From an uncultured Nitrososphaerota archaeon (GTDB lineage Archaea > Thermoproteota > Nitrososphaeria > Nitrososphaerales > Gagatemarchaeaceae): a stretch of DNA of 64,000 nt. The DNA lies in assembly GCA_963718895.1 (NCBI GenBank), contig CAVRAG010000007.1, forward strand, positions 160,001 through 224,000. Direction: 5' to 3'. Both the position numbers and the translations under genes were made by a program. Below are positions 1 through 8,042 of this stretch, piece after piece. Within the stretch, counting starts at the first letter, position 1. Each line of letters begins with the position of its first letter. Below the pieces are notes generated by a model. That model ran no database searches, was not told the DNA's origin, and saw nothing but the letters and a program-made list of their open reading frames with translations.

Positions 1-3000
1 AGAGATAGCCCCAGGCGAAGAGCATGTCGGCATCCCTAGACCACCTACGACCTATGTCGTCCCGGTAGAACATGTTGGGGAGCATGACGTTCTTGACCGA
101 TTGGTAGGCCTGCGCTATCGCCTCCTGCATGGTCATCCCGGATCCGGTGACGACCAGAGAGTAGCCCGACCGGCCTGCCAGCTTCCAGTCGCCCTCTTCC
201 AGCTTCACCTCGCCTATGTGGATCCCATTGAGGCTAGGCTTCCTGAAGAGGATGGTCGCGTCCTCCGAGTATTTGCGGAAGGCCTTCTCGTCCTCGAACG
301 GGAAGGGAGGGACCGCTATGACCACACCCACCTGGTAGCCCTTCTTGCACTTCAGCTGCGTCGGCTTGCCGTGGGCGATATCGCTGAGGAAGGTCCCCCA
401 TTCGCTCAGCACCCCCTCCATGTGGATCGAGACGGTCGGGTACCCAAATCTACAATTCCCAGAGAAGAACGGTTTCCCATGCCTACGCACCAGCATCGTA
501 TGCCAGTCTTCTACCTCGACATCCCAGACCAGGCCGGAGTAGCGTTCCTTTTGAATGACTCTCTTGTCTACGGAGTAGTCCATCTTCTTTTCTCTCACTG
601 AGACTACGTTCATGTCAGAATTCCTGAGGTATCCGCCAATCCCCTGTGTGCCCTTCACCCGGTCGACCCTGATGTTGGCCATTTTTCCACACTTGATCAG
701 CAGCTCTTGGACATCTCCTGCAAGTCGAGGCGAGGTAGTCCCAAAGCTCAACTGACCAGTTCTCCCGTGCCAGTTTCCGTCTCCGAGGGCGTAGCCGTGG
801 AGGAAGTCCATCAAAAGGTCTGGAGAAAATTCCTTGAACCTCGCCGGCACGAACTTGGTCGCAGCATCCATTTGATTGAATCCCAGAGTGTCCATGAAGG
901 CACAGAGCTGCCGGGAACTGAATTGATACGCGCCGTTCTTCTGCTGAGTGAACTTCATCCCAGTCGCTCCCAGAATCATTTCAATCTCATCCCCCCTCGT
1001 TCCATTCGGGCTCTGGGAAATCGAGACAACATGGTCTCCGAGGGACCCTTCGGCGAGATACAGGCCTAGAAACATCATGAACGCGTGGGCTTCGACGGAG
1101 ATGGCCCTGTGGACTATCTCCATCGTCGTTCTATGCTTCCCGAGGTGGTGCGTTTCGATGTACTCAGGGATCTCGATGCTGGCCACGGACGTGCCTTTGA
1201 AAGTTCCTGTCCTGACCACCTTCGTCGCGTGCTTAGGGATCGAGTCTGCTCGGACCAAGCTTAGGCGTCCGGCCCGATCTACGATGACCTGATGCTCCGG
1301 GGTGACGAGCATATCCAGTGCCGTATGAGCTTTGTTCTTCGCGCCTATCCCGATCATCTCGCCGGAGTAGTTTCTCACCATCTTGTTGGTGATTCTCTTC
1401 CAGCAAAGCTCTCGGTCCGCGAGGTTGATTGCGAGAGTTTCATCCCCAATTCGAACCTCGTGGCAGGTCTTCCATCCTTCTCGAGTCAGTACCTCGGTCT
1501 CTTCATCGAAGCAGGTCCACTCCAATGGCCAGACGCCCCTGCCGTTTGCGATGCAGTTGATGTCTATGTAGCCCACGTACTTCGATGCCCTCAGCTGCTG
1601 CCTCATCTTGCCAAGAGTCGCCTCGAAGATGAAGTTCGGCTTTGTCCATAATGTGGATGTGTTGCCGCACCAATAGGGTTTGCCGTTCCTTCGCACGTAC
1701 ATCACGTGATTCTTCACGGTCGCGCAGTAGACGACCCCTGAGTAGTCGACTTCTCTGATGTCTCTTCTATCTAACCAAGAGGTGAGCTTCTTGACTCTTT
1801 CGTGAAGTTCATACTGTGGTCGAGAGGCATCGGCATCGTGATTCCCGATTCTCACCGTCCCCCTGCCCAGACGCGTCTTCACGATTCCGAGTCGACCTAC
1901 CTTCAGGAGAAGTTCTTGAACGTCGTCGACGAGCCTCTTGGAAGATGAGTAGAAGATTCGGTACCCGTTCTTCATCGCAGTTCCATCTCCGAGCGCGTAC
2001 CACTCTAAGAAGATCTGAATCTGACGGGCGCTGAGACCCTTTATGAACGCGGGGATGTACTTCTCGGGTGCCTGGCCGAATTGCCTTAGGAAGGATGCTA
2101 GCTGCTTGTTCGAGCAATTGAAACTGCCACCTGCCTTGGAGAAATTGAACGGGAGATTTTTCAGGAGTGCTTCTATCTTCTCAACCTTTCCAGCTTTCTT
2201 CTGCGCAACCCCAACATGGTAGCTGTCTCCGCGGCTATCGACAAATCCATCGGAGAGCCAGATTCCCATGAACGCGAGCCAAGTGTCCATTGGTATGTCG
2301 ACGGCCGCCGTCTCATGTAGCACGACTTGTCTGCCCTCGTAGTGGGCTAATGCGACCGATGGGAGAACGAAGCTACCTCGCTCATGGCCGATCCATGTGC
2401 CGGTGCGCTTGATTCTCGATTGGGATTGCAAGTCCCTCGCTTTCACGAACTTGAAGTGATCGCGGTGACTCTTCGCGTCTTGTTGAGATTCGACAAACAT
2501 ATTGTGGTCTGGAGTAACCATGATGTCAAGCGTCCTGTTTTGTATCGAGATGAGGCGCTTGTGATGAACAAATGAAACAATCTCGTAAGGTCTTTCGAAT
2601 TCTATCATGCTGCTTATCGGATTCAGCGTGCAGATTTCATGGTCCCGAGTTAGATTCTTGAACAGCGTCCAACCCTTGTCGGTAAGGACCTCCGTCTTGT
2701 CATCGTAGCATCCCATTTCTCCGGTGCTAGGCCCGATGTCGTTCGGGAACAGTCGCTTGTGCTCGAAGTTAATGTTGATGGGCTCCACGAAGTCAGAGCC
2801 GTTGAAGAACGCCCCGACGGCAATCTCGACTCCCTGCGCATACTTCTGTAGGAGGAAGACCTTGATCTTGCTCGACCACTTCTTCTTGTAGTGCTCGAGC
2901 ACCTGTTCTACATCTCTACCGTCCTCCTCCTGGCCCACGAAGAGGAGCTCCTTCTCATTCTGGGCTTTCCCGCTGGGCTTGATCACGTAGCGGTCGGGAT

Positions 3001-3379
3001 TCTGCTTGATGAATGCGACTGCCTCGTCGAAGGAGGTGAAATTCCAACTCGGCAGTATTGGCACCCCAGACTTCCTCAGCTCTTCCTGGCCGAACTCCCT
3101 GTCGTCCTCAAGCTTGTCAGTGTACGCGCTACCTCCCACGACGAACTTCCCCTCAGCCCTAAGCCGCTCTGCGGTCGCGGCGAACCCGATGTCGTCGAAG
3201 ATTATCACGTCCGCCCAGTCCTTCTGTGGTTCCCACTGATCCACCTTCGGCACAAAGCCGTCTCCAACGTCCTTCTCGCTGGCGTCCTGGACGAAGAAGT
3301 TCACCTCGTGGCCCTCCTTCTTCAGCTGCCACGCGAGGTCGACCGAGAGCGCCTCACGCGTTACGAAGAGGAACTTCAA
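1..3379 (-). CDS. PurD-like (phosphoribosylamine--glycine ligase-like) ATP-grasp protein with two inteins; stop codon lies beyond the window edge
   Basis: Hand translation: TTG start at 3379 with GGAGGT upstream, open frame to position 2 (1126 codons). Exteins read MKFLFVTREALSVDLAWQLKKEGHEV...YVIKPSG...FEHKRLFPNDIGPSTGEMG|TSTLW...YIDINCI...PLEWT|CRFGYPT...MFYRDDIG...AWGYL. Spliced length is about 423 aa. Confidence 0.93.
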   Translation of the reverse strand, partial: MKFLFVTREALSVDLAWQLKKEGHEVNFFVQDASEKDVGDGFVPKVDQWEPQKDWADVIIFDDIGFAATAERLRAEGKFVVGGSAYTDKLEDDREFGQEELRKSGVPILPSWNFTSFDEAVAFIKQNPDRYVIKPSGKAQNEKELLFVGQEEDGRDVEQVLEHYKKKWSSKIKVFLLQKYAQGVEIAVGAFFNGSDFVEPININFEHKRLFPNDIGPSTGEMGCYDDKTEVLTDKGWTLFKNLTRDHEICTLNPISSMIEFERPYEIVSFVHHKRLISIQNRTLDIMVTPDHNMFVESQQDAKSHRDHFKFVKARDLQSQSRIKRTGTWIGHERGSFVLPSVALAHYEGRQVVLHETAAVDIPMDTWLAFMGIWLSDGFVDSRGDSYHVGVAQKKAGKVEKIEALLKNLPFNFSKAGGSFNCSNKQLASFLRQFGQAPEKYIPAFIKGLSARQIQIFLEWYALGDGTAMKNGYRIFYSSSKRLVDDVQELLLKVGRLGIVKTRLGRGTVRIGNHDADASRPQYELHERVKKLTSWLDRRDIREVDYSGVVYCATVKNHVMYVRRNGKPYWCGNTSTLWTKPNFIFEATLGKMRQQLRASKYVGYIDINCIANGRGVWPLEWTCFDEETEVLTREGWKTCHEVRIGDETLAINLADRELCWKRITNKMVRNYSGEMIGIGAKNKAHTALDMLVTPEHQVIVDRAGRLSLVRADSIPKHATKVVRTGTFKGTSVASIEIPEYIETHHLGKHRTTMEIVHRAISVEAHAFMMFLGLYLAEGSLGDHVVSISQSPNGTRGDEIEMILGATGMKFTQQKNGAYQFSSRQLCAFMDTLGFNQMDAATKFVPARFKEFSPDLLMDFLHGYALGDGNWHGRTGQLSFGTTSPRLAGDVQELLIKCGKMANIRVDRVKGTQGIGGYLRNSDMNVVSVREKKMDYSVDKRVIQKERYSGLVWDVEVEDWHTMLVRRHGKPFFSGNCRFGYPTVSIHMEGVLSEWGTFLSDIAHGKPTQLKCKKGYQVGVVIAVPPFPFEDEKAFRKYSEDATILFRKPSLNGIHIGEVKLEEGDWKLAGRSGYSLVVTGSGMTMQEAIAQAYQSVKNVMLPNMFYRDDIGRRWSRDADMLFAWGYL
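455..1513 (-). mobile_element. Intein 2 (353 aa) with LAGLIDADG homing endonuclease
   Basis: Block A CFDEETEVLTREGW; block B VTPEHQVIV; endonuclease motifs FLGLYLAEG, KFVP and FLHGYALGDG; C-terminus YSGLVWDVEVEDWHTMLVRRHGKPFFSGN followed by +1 Cys. Confidence 0.95.
1661..2710 (-). mobile_element. Intein 1 (350 aa) with LAGLIDADG homing endonuclease
   Basis: Block A CYDDKTEVLTDKGW; block B VTPDHNMFV; endonuclease motifs FMGIWLSDG, KYIP and FLEWYALGDG; C-terminus YSGVVYCATVKNHVMYVRRNGKPYWCGN followed by +1 Thr. Confidence 0.95.
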
Positions 3380-3473
3380 CTGGAAGCTGACCTCCGGAGC
3401 TTCATATTAGGTCTATCTGCGATTCGAGGGCTGCGACAACTCTTTATCAGCGCGGAGCACATCGATGTCCTGA

Positions 3474-4127
3474 TTGCCTCGACCGATTGAGAGCCTGTCG
3501 AATCCGAAGGTCTTCAAGCGCGGCTACGATCATGTCAGGAAGCGCGACCCGCTGCTGGCCAAGGTGCTGGAGAAGCACGGCCCGCTCGAGTTCAGGGCCG
3601 AGGGCGACCTGTTCGAGGCCCTTGTGGAGTCGATACTATCGCAACAACTCGCGTCGCCCGCGGCGACCTCGATAATTCGCAAGGTCAGGGCAATCTACCC
3701 CGGGGGGAGGCTAGAGGCCGGGGCAGTCTACCGGACGCCTACTAGGAAGCTCCGCGCGGCCGGAGTCTCGCCCCAGAAGCTCACCTATCTCAAAGACCTC
3801 TCGAGGAGAGTTTCCAGGGGCTCGATCGACCTGGAGTCCCTGAGGGAGATGGAGGACGAGGAGATAATCCGGATTCTGGACGAGGTGAAGGGGATCGGAC
3901 CCTGGACGGTCCAGATGCTGCTGATATTCACCCTCGGGAGGACAGACGTGTTCCCGCTCGACGACCTGGGTGTGAAGAAGGGTGTCCAGAGCGTCTACTC
4001 GCTAGCCGAGAGGCCCAAGAAGGTGGAGATGGAGAGGATTGCCGAGAGCTGGCACCCCTACAGGACCGTGGCCTCGCTCTATCTCTGGCGCCACAAAGAC
4101 ACCGGACGAGGAGATAAGAAGAGATGA
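3474..4127 (+). CDS. alkA: DNA-3-methyladenine glycosylase II (HhH-GPD family)
   Basis: SILSQQL, HhH motif VKGIGPWT, FPLDDLG, WHPYRTVASLYLW. Confidence 0.88.
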   Translation: MPRPIESLSNPKVFKRGYDHVRKRDPLLAKVLEKHGPLEFRAEGDLFEALVESILSQQLASPAATSIIRKVRAIYPGGRLEAGAVYRTPTRKLRAAGVSPQKLTYLKDLSRRVSRGSIDLESLREMEDEEIIRILDEVKGIGPWTVQMLLIFTLGRTDVFPLDDLGVKKGVQSVYSLAERPKKVEMERIAESWHPYRTVASLYLWRHKDTGRGDKKR

Positions 4128-4140
4128 ACGAGACGCAGGG

Positions 4141-4974
4141 ATGACAGAATTGGGAAACACGAATTACAAGGGCTATCCGGACCCCTCTCACATCATCTCG
4201 GTCGAGGAGGCGTCGAAACTCCCGAAGGACAAAGACACAGTCTTCGTCGACACCCGGAACTACTGGAAGTACGCCAAGGGACACGTGCCCGGGGCGGTCA
4301 ACCTCGAGATGTACGCCTTCCACTGGGTCGACACTTCGAGGGAGGGCCTGAAGGCCTTCGCAAGGGAGATGGGAGGTCTACTCGGCGCGTACGGGATCGA
4401 CAACAGGAAACAGGTTGTCTTCTATCAGAACAACAGCGGCTACGATGCAGCCCGCGGGGTCTGGCTGCTTGAGTTCCTCGGGAACAAGCACGGCCGCATG
4501 CTGGACGGCGGACTGAACCTCTGGAAGAGGAGCGGCGGTGAGCTCTCGAAGTCCGACCCCCAAGCCGCCAGGGCGACTTTCAACCCCAAACCCGACTACG
4601 GGACCGTGTGCCGTGTCGAAGAAGTGAGCGAGAGCCTAGGGATGAAGGGCTTCGCCGTGATCGACGCCCGCTCGCCGGGGGAATACAGCGGCTCTTACAG
4701 GAGGGCGCTCAAAGGAGGGCACATACCTGGCGCCGTCAACGTCGAGTGGAAGCAGGCGGTCAGACGGGACGGGACCCTGAAGGACGCCAAGCAGCTCCGG
4801 GCGCTCTACGCCGGGATCTCCCCGCGGGGCAGGGTCGTGACCTACTGCCAGAGCGGTTACCGTGCCGCCCATTCGTGGCTGATCCTCAGGCTTCTGGGAT
4901 TCACGGACGTCTGCAACTACATCGGATCCTGGTACGAGTGGGGGAACCACCCCGACACCCGCGTAGAAAGGTAG
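4141..4974 (+). CDS. Tandem-domain sulfurtransferase (rhodanese, SseA-like)
   Basis: Two GH(V/I)PGA motifs, active-site YCQSGYRA, C-terminal YIGSWYEW; start trimmed to ATG 4141. Confidence 0.9.
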   Translation: MTELGNTNYKGYPDPSHIISVEEASKLPKDKDTVFVDTRNYWKYAKGHVPGAVNLEMYAFHWVDTSREGLKAFAREMGGLLGAYGIDNRKQVVFYQNNSGYDAARGVWLLEFLGNKHGRMLDGGLNLWKRSGGELSKSDPQAARATFNPKPDYGTVCRVEEVSESLGMKGFAVIDARSPGEYSGSYRRALKGGHIPGAVNVEWKQAVRRDGTLKDAKQLRALYAGISPRGRVVTYCQSGYRAAHSWLILRLLGFTDVCNYIGSWYEWGNHPDTRVER

Positions 4975-4986
4975 CACCCGCCCGGC

Positions 4987-5478
4987 ATGAGGCGGGACTC
5001 GACAAAGGCTAAATCTCCTGCTCAGGGGAAGGGAAGCATGGATATCAAACAGGCGGACATCTCGGCGAAGCCAGTTTTGTTCCGGGAAGCCTCGGCCTGG
5101 GGGCGGATCCTGCTGAAGCCGGAGACGGTGAAACGGGTCAGGGAAGGTCGCCTCGAGAAGGGCGACGCTCTCGCGATCTCGAAGACCATGGCCGTCGTGG
5201 CCGCCAAGAAGACGCCGGAGATGCTGGCGCTCTGTCACCCCCTTAGGCTGGAGTCGACGAAGGTCGAGACCAAGCTCAATAGGGACTCGATCGAAGTCAC
5301 AGTCTCAGTGGCGGCCCACGAGAAGACCGGAGTCGAGATGGAGGCGCTCACAGGTGTGAGCATCGCCCTGCTCAACATCTGGGACGTCGTCAAAGCCTAC
5401 GAGAAGGATGAGAAAGGGCAGTATCCGACGACGAGGATAGAGGAGATACGAGTCCTCAGGAAGGCGAAACACGAGTGA
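4987..5478 (+). CDS. moaC: Cyclic pyranopterin monophosphate synthase
   Basis: LCHPL, KTGVEMEAL, IWDVVK motifs; the start may be ATG 5038. Confidence 0.92.
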   Translation: MRRDSTKAKSPAQGKGSMDIKQADISAKPVLFREASAWGRILLKPETVKRVREGRLEKGDALAISKTMAVVAAKKTPEMLALCHPLRLESTKVETKLNRDSIEVTVSVAAHEKTGVEMEALTGVSIALLNIWDVVKAYEKDEKGQYPTTRIEEIRVLRKAKHE

Positions 5479-6005
5479 AGGCTAAGGACTCCCACAGGGA
5501 AGCGGCGCCGAAACAGCTGAACTTCTACATCGTAACGGTCAGCTCGAGCAGGTACGCAAAGAAGGAGCGCAACGCCAGGTTCCGGGACGAGTCGGGCGAT
5601 GTTGCCGAGAAGCTTGTCGAGAAGGCGGGGCATACCGTCCTCGGGAGGGAACTCATCTCCGACGACACGGCGATGCTCGGGGCGTCGCTGGAGAAGGCGA
5701 TCAAGAGCGAAGGAGTGGACGTCGCGATCTTCACCGGGGGGACAGGGGTCTCCCCGCGTGACATCACCGTGGAGGCAATCCGCCCGCACTTTGAGAAGGA
5801 GCTCGAGGGGTTCGGCGAACTGCTCCGCGCAATCAGCTACGCAAAGATAGGGGCGGCCGCGGTGCTGACCCGCGCCACCGCCGGGCTGATACATGGCAAG
5901 CTCATATTCTGTCTGCCGGGTTCTCCCGACGCGGTCGAGACGGCCCTGAACCTGTTCATGAGCGACATTCCGCACGTCGTCTACATCGCGCGCAAGAGTC
6001 CCTAG
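5475..6005 (+). CDS. moaB: Molybdenum cofactor biosynthesis protein MoaB/Mog
   Basis: TVSSSR, DESG, TGGTGVSPRDITVEA, LPGSP. Confidence 0.9.
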   Translation: MKAKDSHREAAPKQLNFYIVTVSSSRYAKKERNARFRDESGDVAEKLVEKAGHTVLGRELISDDTAMLGASLEKAIKSEGVDVAIFTGGTGVSPRDITVEAIRPHFEKELEGFGELLRAISYAKIGAAAVLTRATAGLIHGKLIFCLPGSPDAVETALNLFMSDIPHVVYIARKSP

Positions 6006-6112
6006 CTCTTGACCCTGGCGGCCACCCATGCCTTCCTGTAGGGGCCGCGCCGCTTCTTCCTCGTCTTCTTCCTGGCCTCCTTCTGCTCGAGGAGCGACCC
6101 CTCTTCGACCAA
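6002..6112 (-). CDS. Small basic protein (36 aa, RRGPYRK motif)
   Basis: TTG 2 nt after the mrp stop; MVEEGSLLEQKEARKKTRKKRRGPYRKAWVAARVKS*; host-like codons; fills the gap exactly and its TAG overlaps the moaB TAG (CTAG). Confidence 0.65.
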   Translation of the reverse strand: MVEEGSLLEQKEARKKTRKKRRGPYRKAWVAARVKS

Positions 6113-6114
6113 GG

Positions 6115-7167
6115 CTACTGCCCCTGGTCGTATGCGACCATGCTTATCATCCCCGCCACCCTGAACGCCACATCCTTGAAGGCGAGGCTCTCGGGTGACT
6201 CGGGCGCGGCCACGACCATGGGCACCCCAAGGTCGGACTGCTCCCGGATGCGGGGATGGAGCGGTATGTCGCCGAGGAACTGTACCTCGAGCGCCGCGGC
6301 GGCCTTCCTCCCGCCTCCGGAGGAGAAGATGTATGACCGCTCACCGCAGTGCGGGCAGACGAAGTAGCTCATGTTCTCTATCATCCCGAGAATGGGGACA
6401 TTGAGCTTCCTGAACATCCCTACAGCCTTGGTGGCGACGTTAAGAGCCGCCTCCTGAGGGGTCGTCACAATCACAACTCCTCCGAGCGGCACCGTCTGGG
6501 CGAGGGTCAGACCCGAATCGCCCGTCCCGGGCGGAAGATCAACAATCAGGTAATCGAGGTCGCCCCAGTCGACCTGGGTGAGGAGCTGCTTCACGGCTCC
6601 GGCGACCATGGGTCCCCTCCAGACCAGGGCGGTCTCGTCCTTGTAGAAGAAGCCGAGAGAAGCGACCTTGATCCCATGGGCGACCGGCGGCACGATCATG
6701 TCGCCCCTCATCGCCGGCCGGTCCCTCGCGCCCATCATCAGCGGGATGCTCGGACCATAGACGTCCGCGTCGAGGATGCCAACCTTTGCGCCCGAGCCGG
6801 ACAGGGCGAGGGCGAGGTTCACGGCCACCGTCGACTTGCCGACGCCCCCTTTCCCGCTTGCGACCGCGATTATGTTCTTGACGTTCTTCAGGACCTCCTT
6901 CTCCCCGAATGCGTGCGTCGCGGCGACCTGAGCTGCGACCTTCATCTCTACGGTCTTGACGCCCTTGAGGGCGGCCACGGCATCCCTGGCCTCCTTCTCG
7001 ATCTTCGTCCGCAGCGGGCAAGCTGGGGTGGTGAGGTTCAGCGTAAAGGTAACCCTGTCGCCTTCGACCGCTACGTCGCGGACCATGTTAAGCGTCACGA
7101 GGTCCTTTCGGAGCTCCGGGTCGGTGACCGCTCGGAGCGCGTCCAGGACTTCTTCCTTCGAGACCAT
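6115..7167 (-). CDS. mrp: Mrp/NBP35 family Fe-S cluster carrier ATPase with N-terminal DUF59
   Basis: TTPACPL, SGKGGVGKST, WRGPM, DLPPGTGD, CPHC. Confidence 0.93.
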   Translation of the reverse strand: MVSKEEVLDALRAVTDPELRKDLVTLNMVRDVAVEGDRVTFTLNLTTPACPLRTKIEKEARDAVAALKGVKTVEMKVAAQVAATHAFGEKEVLKNVKNIIAVASGKGGVGKSTVAVNLALALSGSGAKVGILDADVYGPSIPLMMGARDRPAMRGDMIVPPVAHGIKVASLGFFYKDETALVWRGPMVAGAVKQLLTQVDWGDLDYLIVDLPPGTGDSGLTLAQTVPLGGVVIVTTPQEAALNVATKAVGMFRKLNVPILGMIENMSYFVCPHCGERSYIFSSGGGRKAAAALEVQFLGDIPLHPRIREQSDLGVPMVVAAPESPESLAFKDVAFRVAGMISMVAYDQGQ

Positions 7168-7283
7168 CAGAAAAAACCCCTAGGGCTCCGATTAAAGCTT
7201 TGGCCCGGTCACCTGGGCGCGGTGCGCTGAGACCAGGATACCAAGATTTCATAAAGACCCTACTCATGGGCCTGATGCTCAAA

Positions 7284-8036
7284 ATGGAAGGAATCGTGCA
7301 GGTCTTTCCCCTTCGCGGGATCCCAAGGGTGAAGCCAGGCGACGACCTGCTCCAGCTGCTCAAGCGCTCGCTCGAGGAAGGCGGAATAGTTCTCCAGGAC
7401 TCGGATGTGGTCGTCATAACCCAGAAGGTCGTCTCCAAGTCGGAGGGCAGAGTGGTGAAGATAGACGAGGTGCGCCCGGGCAGGAAGGCCAAACTCCTCG
7501 CCGAGGAGATGCAGAAAGACCCCAGGACTGTCCAGGTGATCCTGAGCGAGTCCAAGAGGATCGTGCGGAAGGGCCACGGCGTCCTCATAATGGAGACGAA
7601 GCACGGCTTCGTCTGCGCCAACGCGGGCATCGACCAGTCGAACGTCGAGGAGGGGTACCTGACGCTGCTCCCCGAGGACCCCGACAGGAGCGCCAGAGGG
7701 TTGCGGAAGAGGCTCGAGGCAGAGACGGGGAAGAAGCTGGCGGTGGTGATAACGGACACCTTCGGGAGGCCGTGGCGCGACGGCCAGATCGACATCGCCA
7801 TAGGCTGCTCAGGTCTGTCCCCGCTCGAGGACCTTGTCGGCACGACCGACCCGTACGGCCACACGCTGAGGGTGACCCAGCCCGCGATCGTCGACGAGAT
7901 TGCATCTGCCTCGGAGCTGGTGATGAGGAAGCACTCGCTGACCCCAGCTGCCGTGGTCAGGGGCCTCAGCTACAAGCGCAGCGACGCCGGCGTGCGGAGC
8001 ATCGTCAGGGAAAGAAGACTGGACCTCTTTAGGTGA
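7284..8036 (+). CDS. cofE: Coenzyme F420-0:L-glutamate ligase
   Basis: QKVVSKSEG, ANAGIDQSN, DTFGRPWRDG, terminal DLFR; start estimated at ATG 7284. Confidence 0.93.
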   Translation: MEGIVQVFPLRGIPRVKPGDDLLQLLKRSLEEGGIVLQDSDVVVITQKVVSKSEGRVVKIDEVRPGRKAKLLAEEMQKDPRTVQVILSESKRIVRKGHGVLIMETKHGFVCANAGIDQSNVEEGYLTLLPEDPDRSARGLRKRLEAETGKKLAVVITDTFGRPWRDGQIDIAIGCSGLSPLEDLVGTTDPYGHTLRVTQPAIVDEIASASELVMRKHSLTPAAVVRGLSYKRSDAGVRSIVRERRLDLFR

Positions 8037-8042
8037 GCAGTC

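Noticed and set aside
101-3490. Short track ORFs in the first 3.5 kb and the many long antisense ORFs elsewhere
   Set aside because: They are shadows of real genes caused by high GC3 and have no recognisable motifs.
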